From IMG/VR virus record IMGVR_UViG_3300044904_000056, positions 1-64,000 of that record: a DNA stretch of 64,000 bases; one strand, written 5' to 3'. Under the pieces are notes generated by a model, which did no database searches, had not been told where the DNA came from, and saw only the letters and a list, made by a program, of their open reading frames with translations. Shown here in pieces: positions 10,069 through 21,800 of this stretch. Every line of letters starts with the position of its first letter. Position 1 is the first letter of the stretch. The DNA comes from a virus. A program made the position numbers and the translations under genes.

Positions 10069-10601
10069 TGTATTTGCGCCTTCCAAGTTTTCTTCGCAGC
10101 CTGAACCCGTTCCCGGTGAGCTACTTCCCGCAACTCTTCCTCCTGGTGGTAGGGGCAGGTCTGCACATCGTCGCCTATCAGCACTTTGCACAACTCTCCT
10201 GGTCCTACTTTACATTTCGGGCAGGTAGTGTTCTGGAGATGAAACCCAAACTCAGGAACAAGCTCAACAGGCACTCCAAATTCTCTGGACATTTCGGTAA
10301 GTGCTTCCTGCCTCGCCTGCTGGGCTGAACCAAATATGCTACGTAGGAGTTCATTTGTAAGCTCACCAGCAGTAAGAGGAATCATTCGTGGCCTTCTTGT
10401 CGTAGGAGTTCGGAGAAGGCACGGGTGCTTACGCTTAAACCGTTCTTGACAATCGTTAGAACAGAAGTCTAGGGCGTAACCAGCATCTACAAACTCATCC
10501 CGAGACCATCCTACTGGAATTTCGCGGGACTCTGCCTCAGCACACTCTAGCAGCTTCGTCTTCCCGCAGGTTTCGCACGCAAATGAAATTCTGTCAATCA
10601 C
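10065..10601 (-). CDS. Zn-finger hypothetical protein
   Basis: GTG start after AGGAG; CETC, FCSNDC, CPKC motifs. Confidence 0.55.
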   Translation of the reverse strand: MIDRISFACETCGKTKLLECAEAESREIPVGWSRDEFVDAGYALDFCSNDCQERFKRKHPCLLRTPTTRRPRMIPLTAGELTNELLRSIFGSAQQARQEALTEMSREFGVPVELVPEFGFHLQNTTCPKCKVGPGELCKVLIGDDVQTCPYHQEEELREVAHRERVQAAKKTWKAQIQ

Positions 10602-10620
10602 TGGCTCCTCTTCTATTTGA

Positions 10621-10629
10621 ATAGAACGC
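10621..10629 (-). promoter_or_regulatory. GCGTTCTAT upstream motif copy 1
   Basis: Same 9-mer precedes RBS and start codon at six loci. Confidence 0.7.
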
Positions 10630-10639
10630 CTGGATAGCA

Positions 10640-11020
10640 TTAATTATCCACCGGAGAGGGCGATGCCGGCGTTCCCATCTCTGTTCCGTTTCCCTGATCA
10701 ACTGGTTGACTTGATGGAAGTACGCTTGCCCTGAATATGATTGCTTCATCCGGCTCCTCCGCTTTCGTCTCGTTGATAAAGTTGAAACGTCCGTGCCCTA
10801 GTTCAACTAGGCGGAATTCCTGCTGAGGAAGTTGACGCTCTAGGACGTCAGACATCTCTTCAAGAATGCGCTGTATACCATCCTCGTTGAACACATGCCC
10901 TTTCGCAGCTTTACAAACCTTGGTATGGAGCACTTTCTTGTTCCCCAAGGCGAATACCTTCAGCGTCAGCCTTCTCCAAGGCGTTGACGGTGACTTCGGT
11001 TTTTCTGGGACTAGTGACAT
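10640..11020 (-). CDS. Hypothetical protein
   Basis: ORF on the coding strand. Confidence 0.55.
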   Translation of the reverse strand: MSLVPEKPKSPSTPWRRLTLKVFALGNKKVLHTKVCKAAKGHVFNEDGIQRILEEMSDVLERQLPQQEFRLVELGHGRFNFINETKAEEPDEAIIFRASVLPSSQPVDQGNGTEMGTPASPSPVDN

Positions 11021-11030
11021 TGTTACCCTT

Positions 11031-11375
11031 CTACAGAATCAGAAACTTGTAGACCAAGAACCCTGCCAATCCCCCCAGCAGTAAGAAACAGAAGTCTTCA
11101 AAGTCACTCCCCCGAGTTGCAGCATTCTCGTGCACAGGGTCCCAGAAGAATTCATGCCAAACTGCGTAGGGGATGTTCGTGCATACTGCTAGTATTACCC
11201 CAGCCCATCTGTGTTGCAGTACGTGATTAGAAAACGTAGCGCAGAAAATCATCAAGAAGAACCACGCACCAAAATGGGCAATCTGTGCCACTTGATCGAA
11301 GAATTCTGGGTCAATTCCTCCTGGCTCACTCAGGTTGTTGTAGTTGGTTGCTAGGTACTTCGCTGTTTTGCTCAT
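11031..11375 (-). CDS. Membrane protein (VanZ-like)
   Basis: Three hydrophobic helices with AHF, HEF and D..D motifs. Confidence 0.5.
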   Translation of the reverse strand: MSKTAKYLATNYNNLSEPGGIDPEFFDQVAQIAHFGAWFFLMIFCATFSNHVLQHRWAGVILAVCTNIPYAVWHEFFWDPVHENAATRGSDFEDFCFLLLGGLAGFLVYKFLIL

Positions 11376-11411
11376 CGTCTCCCCTTTCAGTCAAAAGTTT
11401 CATCATGAGGC

Positions 11412-11448
11412 GAGTTCCGGGAAGTGTTAGATGTCCTTCCCGGAACTC
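11412..11448. promoter_or_regulatory. 13-bp perfect intergenic hairpin
   Basis: GAGTTCCGGGAAG...CTTCCCGGAACTC. Confidence 0.55.
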
Positions 11449-11474
11449 TTTACTATACAAATGAATCTTGACTC

Positions 11475-14400
11475 TCAAGCAGCCACCCTTGACTTCATAA
11501 TCTTGAGAAGCTGTCTTTGAATCTCATTCCTGAGCCAAGGGTCTTTCTTGAAGTGTCGCTTTGCATCTTTCTTCTTGGTAAGGACCAAAAAGGTTTTGTG
11601 GGTAATGTTCTTCCCTGATTTCAGATAGGAGAGAATCAAATACCTATTCTCCCACTTAGGCGTCTTTCTCGTCTTTTTCTTTCCCATCCTTTCCTCCTCT
11701 AGAATTGAATTTTGTTACGAAATGTTTCCGCATCTCGTTTCTTCACAAACTCCCGGATGTGCCTCAGATCAGTGTCCTCGTGGACTCGCCCCTGCTTCCC
11801 ATCCTTAAAATAAACGTATACGAATCCAGGAGACTTTGCCGAAGTGACTGCCTCAACAGTCTGGTCTGACTGCTTCCATTTCTTCGTAACGATGTCGAGA
11901 CAATCCTGGCACATCAGAGTCTCTTTTCGACGCGGCAGAGTAGCCTTCTGATCTCGCCATTGTCAGCATTTCCTTCCTGGGGAGTGTTGTCTGGACTGAA
12001 GAAATGCTCTGCATCCCGTTTCGTGGGGAACATAGTAAACTTCTCAGTCAGAGTCTCCTTCGTCTGCGGCTGATCCCCTACAGTCATTCCGCTTACAATT
12101 TCCACTTTTCGGAATACCTGGATTACCACATACTCATACTGCATTGGAATTCTTGTTCGCTTTGTTCTTTTCGTTACCTTTTTCATTTTGGCTCCTTTGC
12201 TCTATACAGATTTTACAGCTCAAATAATGAAGACTGTTCGCATCTAGCAGCTTTCCCTCATGTTCAAAATTCTCCCAGAAAACAATCGCGTGTCCTTCCT
12301 TCCTCAACCGGACAAATTCCTTCTCTGCTTCAACAATTTCCTCCGCTGTCGTGTAAGTCTTGTACCCTAGGTTGACCATACCTACACCTTTTGCCACATC
12401 TCCTCGATAATCTCGCACTGTCTTTCAGACGGAACCCACTTGCCCTTGCTCGCCTTGTACTTCGCTGACCATTCCTCCAGCCTGTCTTGCTCCCAGGAAG
12501 AGAGCTTTTCAGCATTCTCTTCAAGCTCTTCAAAGATTTCATCGAGCTTGCTAAGATCAAGTGTATGACTCATACCCCTCTTTACTCCTTCTTGAATTCT
12601 TTGAGCTTCGCCTTGACATCCAAAAGTGACTTGTGCCACCACGTTGGAGTAGACTTCTGACACTTCACAGTCGAAAATCTGATAAAGCGGGCGAATTTGG
12701 CCTGCATCGTCACATCCAGCTTGGCCTTGTGGTCGATGGCTTCAATCGCCGTACCGACGCAGTCGCTACACAGCCCAGTACGCACATCAACACGCCGCGA
12801 GCAACTACAGCCAAGGCAGCGTTGGCCCTTAATCATACGAAGGACAATCATCTTTAGCAGCTCCTCTCTAAGCTCGTCAGCACACCGCAACCATCGTAGA
12901 ACTCGCTCATTCTTGCTTACTGTCAATCGAAATGACGTGCAAGGGATTCGCCGTAAATAGTGGCGGATTCTTCACGTCAGCAAGCACTGCATCAAACCTT
13001 TCCGGATTCTGCCAGCGCCATTGTCCAATGTTTTCCAAGAGTACGCTGCGCGCTTGATCCTCATCTCGCGCCATCAGCAGAAAGTCAATGCCTTGCGACT
13101 TCCAATGATACAGTTTCATTCTTTCCTCCTTGTTCCCTTCTCCCGCAGATCAATCCCTTTGCTCGCGCTGGGCGGAACGCTCCAATGGACAACCAAACTC
13201 ATCCAATTCTTCAGCGCATTTCTTTGAGCAAGTCCACTCGCCGTCATAACAAGCCATGCTCACAATGCAATTCTTACTTAGACTTGCGAGTTTCCCGCAA
13301 TTGGCACATCTGCCTCCGGGGTCAGTTGTTGGCGCTCCAACAAAGCGTGAATTGCGTCCATACTTTGGCGAAGAGTCAACCCAATAGCCGAAGTCAATCG
13401 GTCCTGCGCTACCTCCATCTTCATTGCTCACCTTCCACCCCCCGCCTTCCCGGGCGCTGGCGCATCCGACATCCCGAAGTGACACGTACAAGTGCAAGCT
13501 CCAACTAAACGAATGTGATTCTTACAGCCACAGAGAGGACAGACGAAGGGCGCTGGCTCCGTGGCCGAATTAACCAAAGCTGAGTTCTCAATTGTTTTCT
13601 GGGCTTGTCTATTATAGAAAGCATCTTTGAACGATTGTGGAACCTCGGGAACTGGCTTTGCTGGCGGAAAAGGTTTCATTTCTACGCGACCGCCATCCGT
13701 TGCAATCACGGGAATGTTGTGGCCTTTGGGGATTTGTAGGGGCGCTGGCGGCTCGCCCGGGAGCAGGGCACGTAGTCGTATATTAATTATTTCAATAACA
13801 TTTGCTAGGGTTACCGTCATCGGACTGATGCAATGCATCACTTCCTCGTGGGGCACGTCTACAGCGCCCGGTTTCTCATGCCATTTGCCAGAGATTCTCA
13901 CTCGCTCTTGATGCATTAAGGAGAGCAACTCTATCTTCAACCTCTTAATCCCCCGCGCTTCGGCCTCGGCCTGCACCTTGGTGTCGTGGGCCACTAGTTC
14001 TTGCTCAATGTCATATTCTGCACATTGGCGCGTATCCGTATGACCCTGCACCAGCAGTCCATAGTCTTGAATAATGAGCACCAATTTTTCAGCTAGTTTC
14101 TCCATCAAGTCCCCCGGCTCCGTGGTGGGTGGCGCTTCTGGCAATATGCCTGTGGGAGTAATAAATTTACGCGAATCACAGTGAGGTCCAGCGTGCCCTT
14201 TGGCTGAATTGCATTCGTAGATTTCCCACTTGAATCCACACGGAATAAATTGCCCGAGCGCAGGCGTTTCTACGCCAGGACAGTATTCCTCACAACAGCC
14301 TTGGCAATGCTTGTGACGACGCGGACCAAGATACAGTTTTAGCTTGGGCTGTGAGGGTGCTTGGGCGAGAAGGGCGTTGAGCACATCTGCTTTCTCTTTC

Positions 14401-15291
14401 CAATATCTCAGTCCCTCAGTAATAGAAGTTTTGCCAGCCGCAAACACGTCCCGCACCTGCTCCTCACTCAGCGTCAGCTTGGGCTGCGCGGCTAGATGAA
14501 ATGGCAACAAAGTTTTATGAGGTAACCTTTTTCCGTTTGCTGCCGCACTCAGTTGGTCTAACACCTTCGCTGGGGCATTCAACACCCCACAGACCTGATA
14601 CAATTCAGCCACCAACTTCTTCAGTTCGCTCATTGGCTTCCCTTCTCGCGCTTCGCTACAGTTTGTCTCTCATGGCTTTCCAATTTCGGCCCACCATTAC
14701 CTCCCTTGGCGCTCAACGCGGCGAGATGCTCCCGGTGCTCTGCGCTGGTATGTTGAGGGAAACCACTTTCGTCAAAGCACCATTTCACCTCATCCAGCCG
14801 CACCTCGCGCTCGAGAGCGGTGAGGAGGGCTACTAGCGAATCTAAATCCCCACATAGCCACGCCCTATTGCCTCGTGGCGTAATGAATTGCTTGTCCAGA
14901 TATTCCCTCGCTTTCTGCTCGTTGTCCATCGCTTGCCTCACTTCGCTCTCGTCATCGTGAAGTTCTTACCCCTGATGTTCCCGTCCTTGGCGATGCGACC
15001 CGTCAGCTTCGTCTCTATCTCGTCTGAACCGCAGACGAGGGTGAAACTAACTCTCCCCTTGCTCGTTTTTCCATCCTTAATGTCGCACTGATACCCATCC
15101 TCTTTTAAGCCAGCGGTATATGTTCCTTGGAACCCGCTGGCGGAGGTTGTTAGTCTAGCGATGCCCGGTTCTCCGGGGTCTATCCCCACGAGAATCCATT
15201 TACCGGACACCTCAACAGTTTGCGCCACTGCGATTCCCATAAGCAGAACAGAGGCGACGATTAGAACCAACAACTTGAATTTAGTCTTCAT
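11475..15291 (-). other. Block of about 11 small overlapping hypothetical genes (11475-11687, 11699-11914, 11914-12186, 12134-12418, 12382-12574, 12582-12926, 12907-13119, 13150-13431, 13428-14633, 14630-14929, 14938-15291)
   Basis: Contiguous minus-strand ORFs with RBSs and ATGA overlaps; the last has a signal peptide; no family recognised. Confidence 0.6.
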
Positions 15292-15310
15292 TTCCTCCCC
15301 CTTTACCTAG

Positions 15311-15319
15311 ATAGAACGC
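15311..15319 (-). promoter_or_regulatory. GCGTTCTAT upstream motif copy 2
   Basis: GCGTTCTATCTAGGTAAAGGGGGAGGAAATG. Confidence 0.7.
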
Positions 15320-15768
15320 TGAAAGTCGGATAATTGGTCTATGGGAGCACAGAAATCCGTATGGTGTAGCCTGACGCCTTTCACCCTTCGCTGTCCTCTA
15401 GACTACGTTGCCTGGAGTAACTTCCTCAACTACCACTATGTGTTTGTAGCGATTCGTCTTCCACCTACTGCCTGGTACGAGCTTCGGCATATTCTCCCTG
15501 ACGACAGTATCGCAAAATACTACCATCACCATACCCACTCTAGCCGCACATCCAGCAACCACGCCAGCGCAGCAATCGCGCAGATTACAATCACCGCTGC
15601 GATTACGACCATCGAGAGCATCGCCAGGAAGACAGTCACGAATCTCTTCACTAGTTCATCAATCACTGTTTTCCACTCCTACCTAAATAATACGCCCAAT
15701 GAACGCTACTTGTTGACTTTCACCAGAGCATGTGGCATTTCTCTCTTTTTGAATATAAAAACAAATTT

Positions 15769-16050
15769 TTATCCTGGTAATGCTGCCCTTCCAGGAATTG
15801 GCACATTATCAACGAATTTCTGAATCTCATCGTAATACACTGTTGCACCTGCAATCAGCTCGAAAGAAACCGTAGTCACGTCACCTGCGTAGCCTATAAT
15901 AGTATATGCGTTACGGATAGGCGTTGCTGCGACCTCAATCCTGATATTCCGGCCCCGCCCACCAAACCATAGGTTTTCCGGGATGTCTACACCAAACTTA
16001 CGCAATTCTGCTCCCTCCTCATCATTTTCCATCTGAATAAGGAATTTCAT
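15769..16050 (-). CDS. Hypothetical protein
   Basis: Likely start MKFLIQ after AGGAGG. Confidence 0.55.
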   Translation of the reverse strand: MKFLIQMENDEEGAELRKFGVDIPENLWFGGRGRNIRIEVAATPIRNAYTIIGYAGDVTTVSFELIAGATVYYDEIQKFVDNVPIPGRAALPG

Positions 16051-16618
16051 AGTGCCTCCTAGGAATTGATTTGAAAAAATACCCAATCAACGAAGTTTGT
16101 TGCATTCTGCGGCCCTTTTAGCATTTATTCTCAAAATTTGCTGATATTATGAGATGTACTAAGCCCCCCAAGCAGGAGTCCCTCCCAACAGTACAATCCG
16201 GTCAACTACCATTCTGCTGTTGCTGGAGTGTTTGCTACTGGTAGGATTGTATTACTGTTGGTTCTGGCTGGAGTGTTCTTCCCTTTCAAAGCAGCAGCAG
16301 CAGGCAGCAGGCACAGCAATGCGCTGCATCTGAGAATAGAATCACACAAGTACCCAACAGTGCCAACATTACTGCCTTGCTCCACAGGGAATAGGTTCAA
16401 TCAGGCAGGAATAACACGTACAGAAGCAGCGATAGCAGCAGATTGTACTAAAACTTTCTACTGCTACTGCTGTGACTTGCTGATATGCCGCTGCTGAGCA
16501 CACCCAGCTAAGTTCTGTAGCAGAATTAGCTGGGAATGTTTGCTACTGTTGAGGCTTTGAAGTGGATTCAGCTAAGTTACCAAGTACAACCAGCAAACTA
16601 GCAGATGCTATAGGTTTT

Positions 16619-16700
16619 AGCAGTTGCTATCAGTTTTATTAGCAGAACTATCAATTACTACCACTTTCAGCAGTTGCTATCGCTTTCAGAAGCAGAACTA
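16619..16700. repeat. Degenerate 50-bp tandem repeat within a low-complexity AGCAG-rich non-coding region
   Basis: AGCAGTTGCTATC at 16619 and 16669; AGCAGAACTA at 16641 and 16691. Confidence 0.6.
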
Positions 16701-17122
16701 GCAGTTCCTAGTAGTTTCTACTACTTTGTTGCCGGATTGCTACAGATATCACGTATCAACCGTTCTAGCATACGCTACATAGAAGCATTCAGAACGTTTT
16801 GGGAATTGCCTTAGACAGTACTGTAGGAATCTTCTTGCATTCCTCCTTCCCTCTGTTATTGTTCTCATATATCTCGCGTCCTTTCAGTTGAATTCTCCCC
16901 TAGAAATGCGGAAGGTGGTGCAATTCGCAACGCTGTAACAACTAGTAATGCGGCAGAGTGCAACAAGCAATTCCTAGCTGGTTCCTTGCTAGCTTTTGCC
17001 GTCCCAGTAGGGTACCACTGGTTGGAAATTCAGTAGCAGCCTGCCAACTGCTAGGTGGGTTTAAAGTGATATCTGCCGAATGGTCTAGGCTGGCCCAGAC
17101 TACTATTTCTAGGCCTAGGCTA

Positions 17123-17494
17123 TTAGTCGGCTTTCGCATCATTGTGCTCTTCATCTGATGACTCTCCCTCATCATCAGCAGCGATAGCAAACCTCTTTTC
17201 CATTTTAGCTTCAGTAGACCTTTCCACTGCTTTCACGAGTTTCTTCGTCATGTCTGCGATAGAGCCTCTATCAAGAACACTATAGCCCAGTGCGAGCGCG
17301 GTTACACGCATTCCTTCGCGCTGACCTTTGCCAATCGCAGTCGTTACGTCGGCAACAAGTTCAGTAACAATGACGCTGATTCGCTTCTTGTGCTCTGCTA
17401 GGCCGACTTCTGAATCACCTTTGCTAGAGCCAAAGGCTGTTTCGGAGTCAAGGATGCGCTTGACATACTGATCGTGGAGCGATAGCTGGGCCAT
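17123..17494 (-). CDS. Hypothetical protein
   Basis: AAGGAG RBS; acidic tail. Confidence 0.6.
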   Translation of the reverse strand: MAQLSLHDQYVKRILDSETAFGSSKGDSEVGLAEHKKRISVIVTELVADVTTAIGKGQREGMRVTALALGYSVLDRGSIADMTKKLVKAVERSTEAKMEKRFAIAADDEGESSDEEHNDAKAD

Positions 17495-17505
17495 TGTGAT
17501 TCTCC

Positions 17506-17853
17506 TTATTCTGCTTCAACTGTTAGGCTAGTTGATGCTATTGATGGGTAGAATGCTGGGGTGCTGAAGGTGCCATTAGGAAAGACTGCGCGGACGTAAT
17601 AGACAGTATTGCTAGGTGGAACGGATGAAACTCCTTGTGAAGCAGTAAACGATTGCGGAGTGCTACAGCCCGCTACTGCTAGGCTTCCTACCTTGAGAAG
17701 GATTTTCCGATCTGGGGTTGTTCCGTACTCAAAGGATGCAGGAGAGCCGAATGTAACACAATCGTAAGTCCAATTGTAGGTAACATTGTGGGCGCAAGAG
17801 GCTAATGCTACAAGGCAGAGTAACACTAGCCCCAAGAGTTTGAGAAGTTTCAT
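17506..17853 (-). CDS. Putative lipoprotein
   Basis: Signal peptide ending LASC; beta-rich, YYVRAV. Confidence 0.55.
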   Translation of the reverse strand: MKLLKLLGLVLLCLVALASCAHNVTYNWTYDCVTFGSPASFEYGTTPDRKILLKVGSLAVAGCSTPQSFTASQGVSSVPPSNTVYYVRAVFPNGTFSTPAFYPSIASTSLTVEAE

Positions 17854-18359
17854 TGTGCTGCCCTCCTTGCTTCAGACCAAGGCTTGCCTTTCCGCGCTTT
17901 GCTCATTCTGCGGCGTGCTTCCTCAGAATGGTGGTAGCCTAGCGTAGGCGGAATTTGCTTAGCACGAGCTCCCCTCATCTTGCGACGGGTTTCCTTAGAA
18001 GGATGCTTACCTTTCATAGCTTTGCTTAACTTAAGGCGAGTTTCCTTAGAAGGGTGATGGCCTAGGCGGTTCTGATGGCCTTTCATAGCCTCACTCCTTG
18101 TTTGTTTTCTAGGGAATCGAGCAATTCTTGGGGTTTGTAGATATTGGATAGCCTTCTGTAGGAGTTCAGGGCTATCACAAAAGAAGCCAAGGCCAGCGTT
18201 ACACCCGTTACAGAGAACTCCTCGATAACCTCCTGTCCTATGGTCATGATCTAGAGTGGGATGGTCAGGAGGGGCATCACCGCAGATGGCGCAATGCCCT
18301 TCCTGGAGTTTCAGGAAATCCTTTTTCAGCTTCCAAATTGGGTGACTATAGTGTGCCAT
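17850..18359 (-). CDS. Endonuclease VII-type homing endonuclease with NUMOD3 repeats
   Basis: Nuclease domain nearly identical to that of 5056-5802. Confidence 0.85.
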   Translation of the reverse strand: MAHYSHPIWKLKKDFLKLQEGHCAICGDAPPDHPTLDHDHRTGGYRGVLCNGCNAGLGFFCDSPELLQKAIQYLQTPRIARFPRKQTRSEAMKGHQNRLGHHPSKETRLKLSKAMKGKHPSKETRRKMRGARAKQIPPTLGYHHSEEARRRMSKARKGKPWSEARRAAQ

Positions 18360-18363
18360 CTCC

Positions 18364-18798
18364 TTAGTTCACTGTCACCACAAAGTTCGTCGGTGCGTTA
18401 GACAGCGGCTGAGCAAGGGTTCCTGCCGCAGTATTGGACGCTGTTGACTCTCCTGCCGAGTTCAACGCTGTTGCGTAATAGCAATACGTCCCTGGAGAAA
18501 TTCCAGAGTCTGTATAAGTTGTAACGGTGACTGGGCTCGAATTCAGCTTTGTGAACCCTGTAGTCCCTGTTGGGCAGGCTCCTACTAGCTTGTAGACGTT
18601 GTAGCCTGTTGGGGTGCAGGCTGAACCGTCAACGCAGAGAGTTGGAGCCGTCCAAGATAAGGCTACGCTATGAGTTGTGGCTCCCATCTTGCCTGCCGGA
18701 ACTGTAACCTGCTTCTGCATAACTTTCGTCTGCGCGAAGCAGCTAAAGACTAGGACAAAGAGAAATGCAAGTACTGATGCTGCGAATCGTTTCTTCAT
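18364..18798 (-). CDS. Secreted fibronectin type III domain protein
   Basis: Signal peptide; VALSWTAP...GYNVY...YTDS...YCYYATALNSAGESTASN. Confidence 0.8.
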   Translation of the reverse strand: MKKRFAASVLAFLFVLVFSCFAQTKVMQKQVTVPAGKMGATTHSVALSWTAPTLCVDGSACTPTGYNVYKLVGACPTGTTGFTKLNSSPVTVTTYTDSGISPGTYCYYATALNSAGESTASNTAAGTLAQPLSNAPTNFVVTVN

Positions 18799-18820
18799 TG
18801 TTGCTCCTTGTTAGATTTGA

Positions 18821-21800
18821 CTACTGACTAAACTCTTCTTGCTTACTGGCCCCGAAACCTTGCGGCGTCATCCGTTTGCCTAAGCCTCTTGGATGGCCCT
18901 GGTGGTCTTCAACGTGCTCAACTCGTGGGCGTTGCACCCTATCGCCGTCCTGCTGTTTGAAAGGCTCCATCCCTTCCCGCTTGCGTTTGCGTTCACGAGG
19001 AAAGCGCATAATTGGGACTTCGCTCTCGTGGTTGAAGTTGCCGCTTCGCAGTGACTTGCGGGCGTCGGTCACTTTGCCGCTGAGGCTTCTCTGATCCCGA
19101 ATCTTGTCAGGAGTTTCGATACGATCTGCTCTGCGTCCGATTGCGTGACGCTCGAATCGTAGATTTGCAGCCTCTCGCTTAATGTTTGTTGCAACGTCTC
19201 TCGGGTCAGCAGGCCAAGGTACTCGCTTGCCATCTGCCGTTGAGGCATTATGTGTAGTTGCAAATGAGGAAACACCGCTGTACGTTGACGTTCCTGGAGC
19301 AGTTGCTGGAGCCTCTCTAGATTCGCGGATAGAGGCGAGAGCACGGCCAAAACCCATTCCACTTGATCCCTTACCACTAGCTCCTGACGCGCTACCTCCA
19401 CCAGCCATTCCTCCCGCTTTGCCTTCTGCCTTTTGCTGCATACTATCAACGCCCTTGGTGACCTGTTGGTAGGCAGTGTTGATGAGGAATTCCTTCTGCG
19501 CGTCTTCGTTTGCGATTTCTTCCTGTTCTTCGTCATAGTCATAACTCGTGAACTGCATCTCCTTCGCTGCCGCTGCTGCAACACGCCTGTGACTCCACCA
19601 GCTCATCGACTCGCCAAACGCCAGGTCCTTCAGCTTCTCAGAGCGATTCTCTTCAGCCAGCGCTGGATACGTTGCCTCAACTTTGATGTCAAGGTCACCT
19701 GGAATCTCCTTGCGCTCAGCAGCCCGGACGAATACACGCTGGGCATCCTGGTAGAAGAACTGCTCCATCAGCTCTTGGTAGTCCTCGAAAGTCTTGATAT
19801 CTGGCTCAGTCTCGACAATCGCTCCAGCCTTCCCGCCCTCACCCCCACTTCCCCCAAGATACCGCATCGAGATACCAGAGCCCATCGAGATGAACTGAAG
19901 AATCAGGTCACCATCGGCTTGCGTATCACTCGCCCCAATTTCAGCAGCAACACCTTTCAGTTCTGCGGCCTTGTTGTGGATAAACCAACTACCAGGAATT
20001 GGTGGAGTGTTGAACTGTTGCTGAACCTGTTGAACTGCTGCTGCGTCGCCCTCAACCGAAATATCGAGGACGAACAGGTTGGCCATCTTGTTGCGAACGA
20101 TGCGATCATCTATGTATTCTTTCATGCGCCGCAGATAGCCAAGGACGGTGAACAGCTGACTACGCCCACGCTTCTCTGTCGAGGTGACATTGATCTTCAT
20201 GTGATAGTAATGCAAGGCAGGAATTTGTCTGATGATAAACTTAATCGTAGGAATGGGCAAATCCACATACCACTGGTATTGCGTCGGGTACTGCTGGTGA
20301 CAGTTGTGAACAAATACTCCGCTGGACAAAGCGAAGTTGTGGAACCGTTCCACAGTCAAATCGTAAACCGTATGGATTCCTGCGGGCACCACAGAGACTA
20401 CCTTGTGGTTGGAGAATCGTCCTCTGTCATCATGTTTCTGAGGATAGCTTCGATTAAGCATCCTCTCTCTCTTTTGAGGGTCCTTCCAAGCAGCTTTTAT
20501 TTTCTGACGATGTCTTTCCTTGTAGATGGGGTCTTGGAAATACTCTCTGATGCTCTCTGCCCTGGATTGCTGAGCAGCTAGGATTCTCTCCTGGTGCCAA
20601 GAGGCTAGCAAACGTCTTTCCTGTTTAGTCTGGGCCAAACGAGGAGAGCGGATAATGTATTCGCCCTTTTCAGAGTTTGCTGCTTTCCGCATAGCGTTGA
20701 CAGCCTTGGCTCGCTTCAGAGGGTCAGCCCAGAATTCCTTATGGCTTTGGGATTGTAGTTGCCGTCTCTCTTTCGTCTTCCAAGAGCGATCTCTCCCTGC
20801 ATGCATCTTTGCTATTGTTTCAGGGGTTGGCTTGGGGAGGTCGTCATAAACTCCGTCAGCCCAATCTTTCTTTTTCGATTCACTTATCTTAGCATAGTAT
20901 TCGGCAAAGTGTTCAGGGTCTCTTAGCGTATAGAAGGCTCTTGCCTTGGCGTTATTCTCTCCTACTGTGGCCAGCCAGATGTTCTCTGGGCTGTTGTTCG
21001 CTTGATTCTCATCAAAATGGTCTATTACAATCCCGTGCTCTTTGTAGATGCTCTTTTTCCAGCCTCTGAACTCAGAAGCAACCCGCTGGTGTGTTTGTTC
21101 CCAGCCTTGGTCAGGTTGATAGACTTGCTCGTAGCCTCTCTTGCGATAAAGAGGCATCAGGCCCATCCCTGGCTTCAAGTCCTCCGCGTTTAGGTAGGTT
21201 TCTCCATCACGCAGAAGATAAGGGTGGTCAAAGGATACGATGTCGCTCTTACCGTTATCTAGAGTGACTTTTACACAGCGCCGTTTCCCAGTCTTCCATA
21301 CTTTGGTAATTTGTCCAGGGACGACCAGATGGCGCTCTTCATCGAAAGAATATGCCCAGAGCTTTTTCCCTCGTTTGAATTCCCTCCGTGCCTTCCTGAC
21401 GGAAAGTTCCCGACCATCCAGTAGGGAGATTTTTGTTGGTCCCGAGAGGCAGTAGAATTCATTTTGGACATCGTCTGGGTCTGTAATCACCTCCCAGATT
21501 GTTGAAGGGTCCAAGCTCCGAAGCCTCAATCCCCAAGGAGCATCGTAGTAGCGGATGAACTGTTCCCCAAAGATTACCAAGTCTTGCAGTATTTGTTTCG
21601 ATGTCGTGTGCAAAGAATTCTTCATCCAGTGTCTATCCAAAGCATCCTGGCAAGCTACAGTGTAATCCTGGTAGACAGGGACAGGCTGCCCGTTAATCGG
21701 ATGCGGCTGCATCTGTCCTGTCTTTTGCTCAGCACGCATTACTGTTAGCCGAACGCCCTTACCTAATGTGAATTGTTTAATCACGTCTACAATTCTTTTT

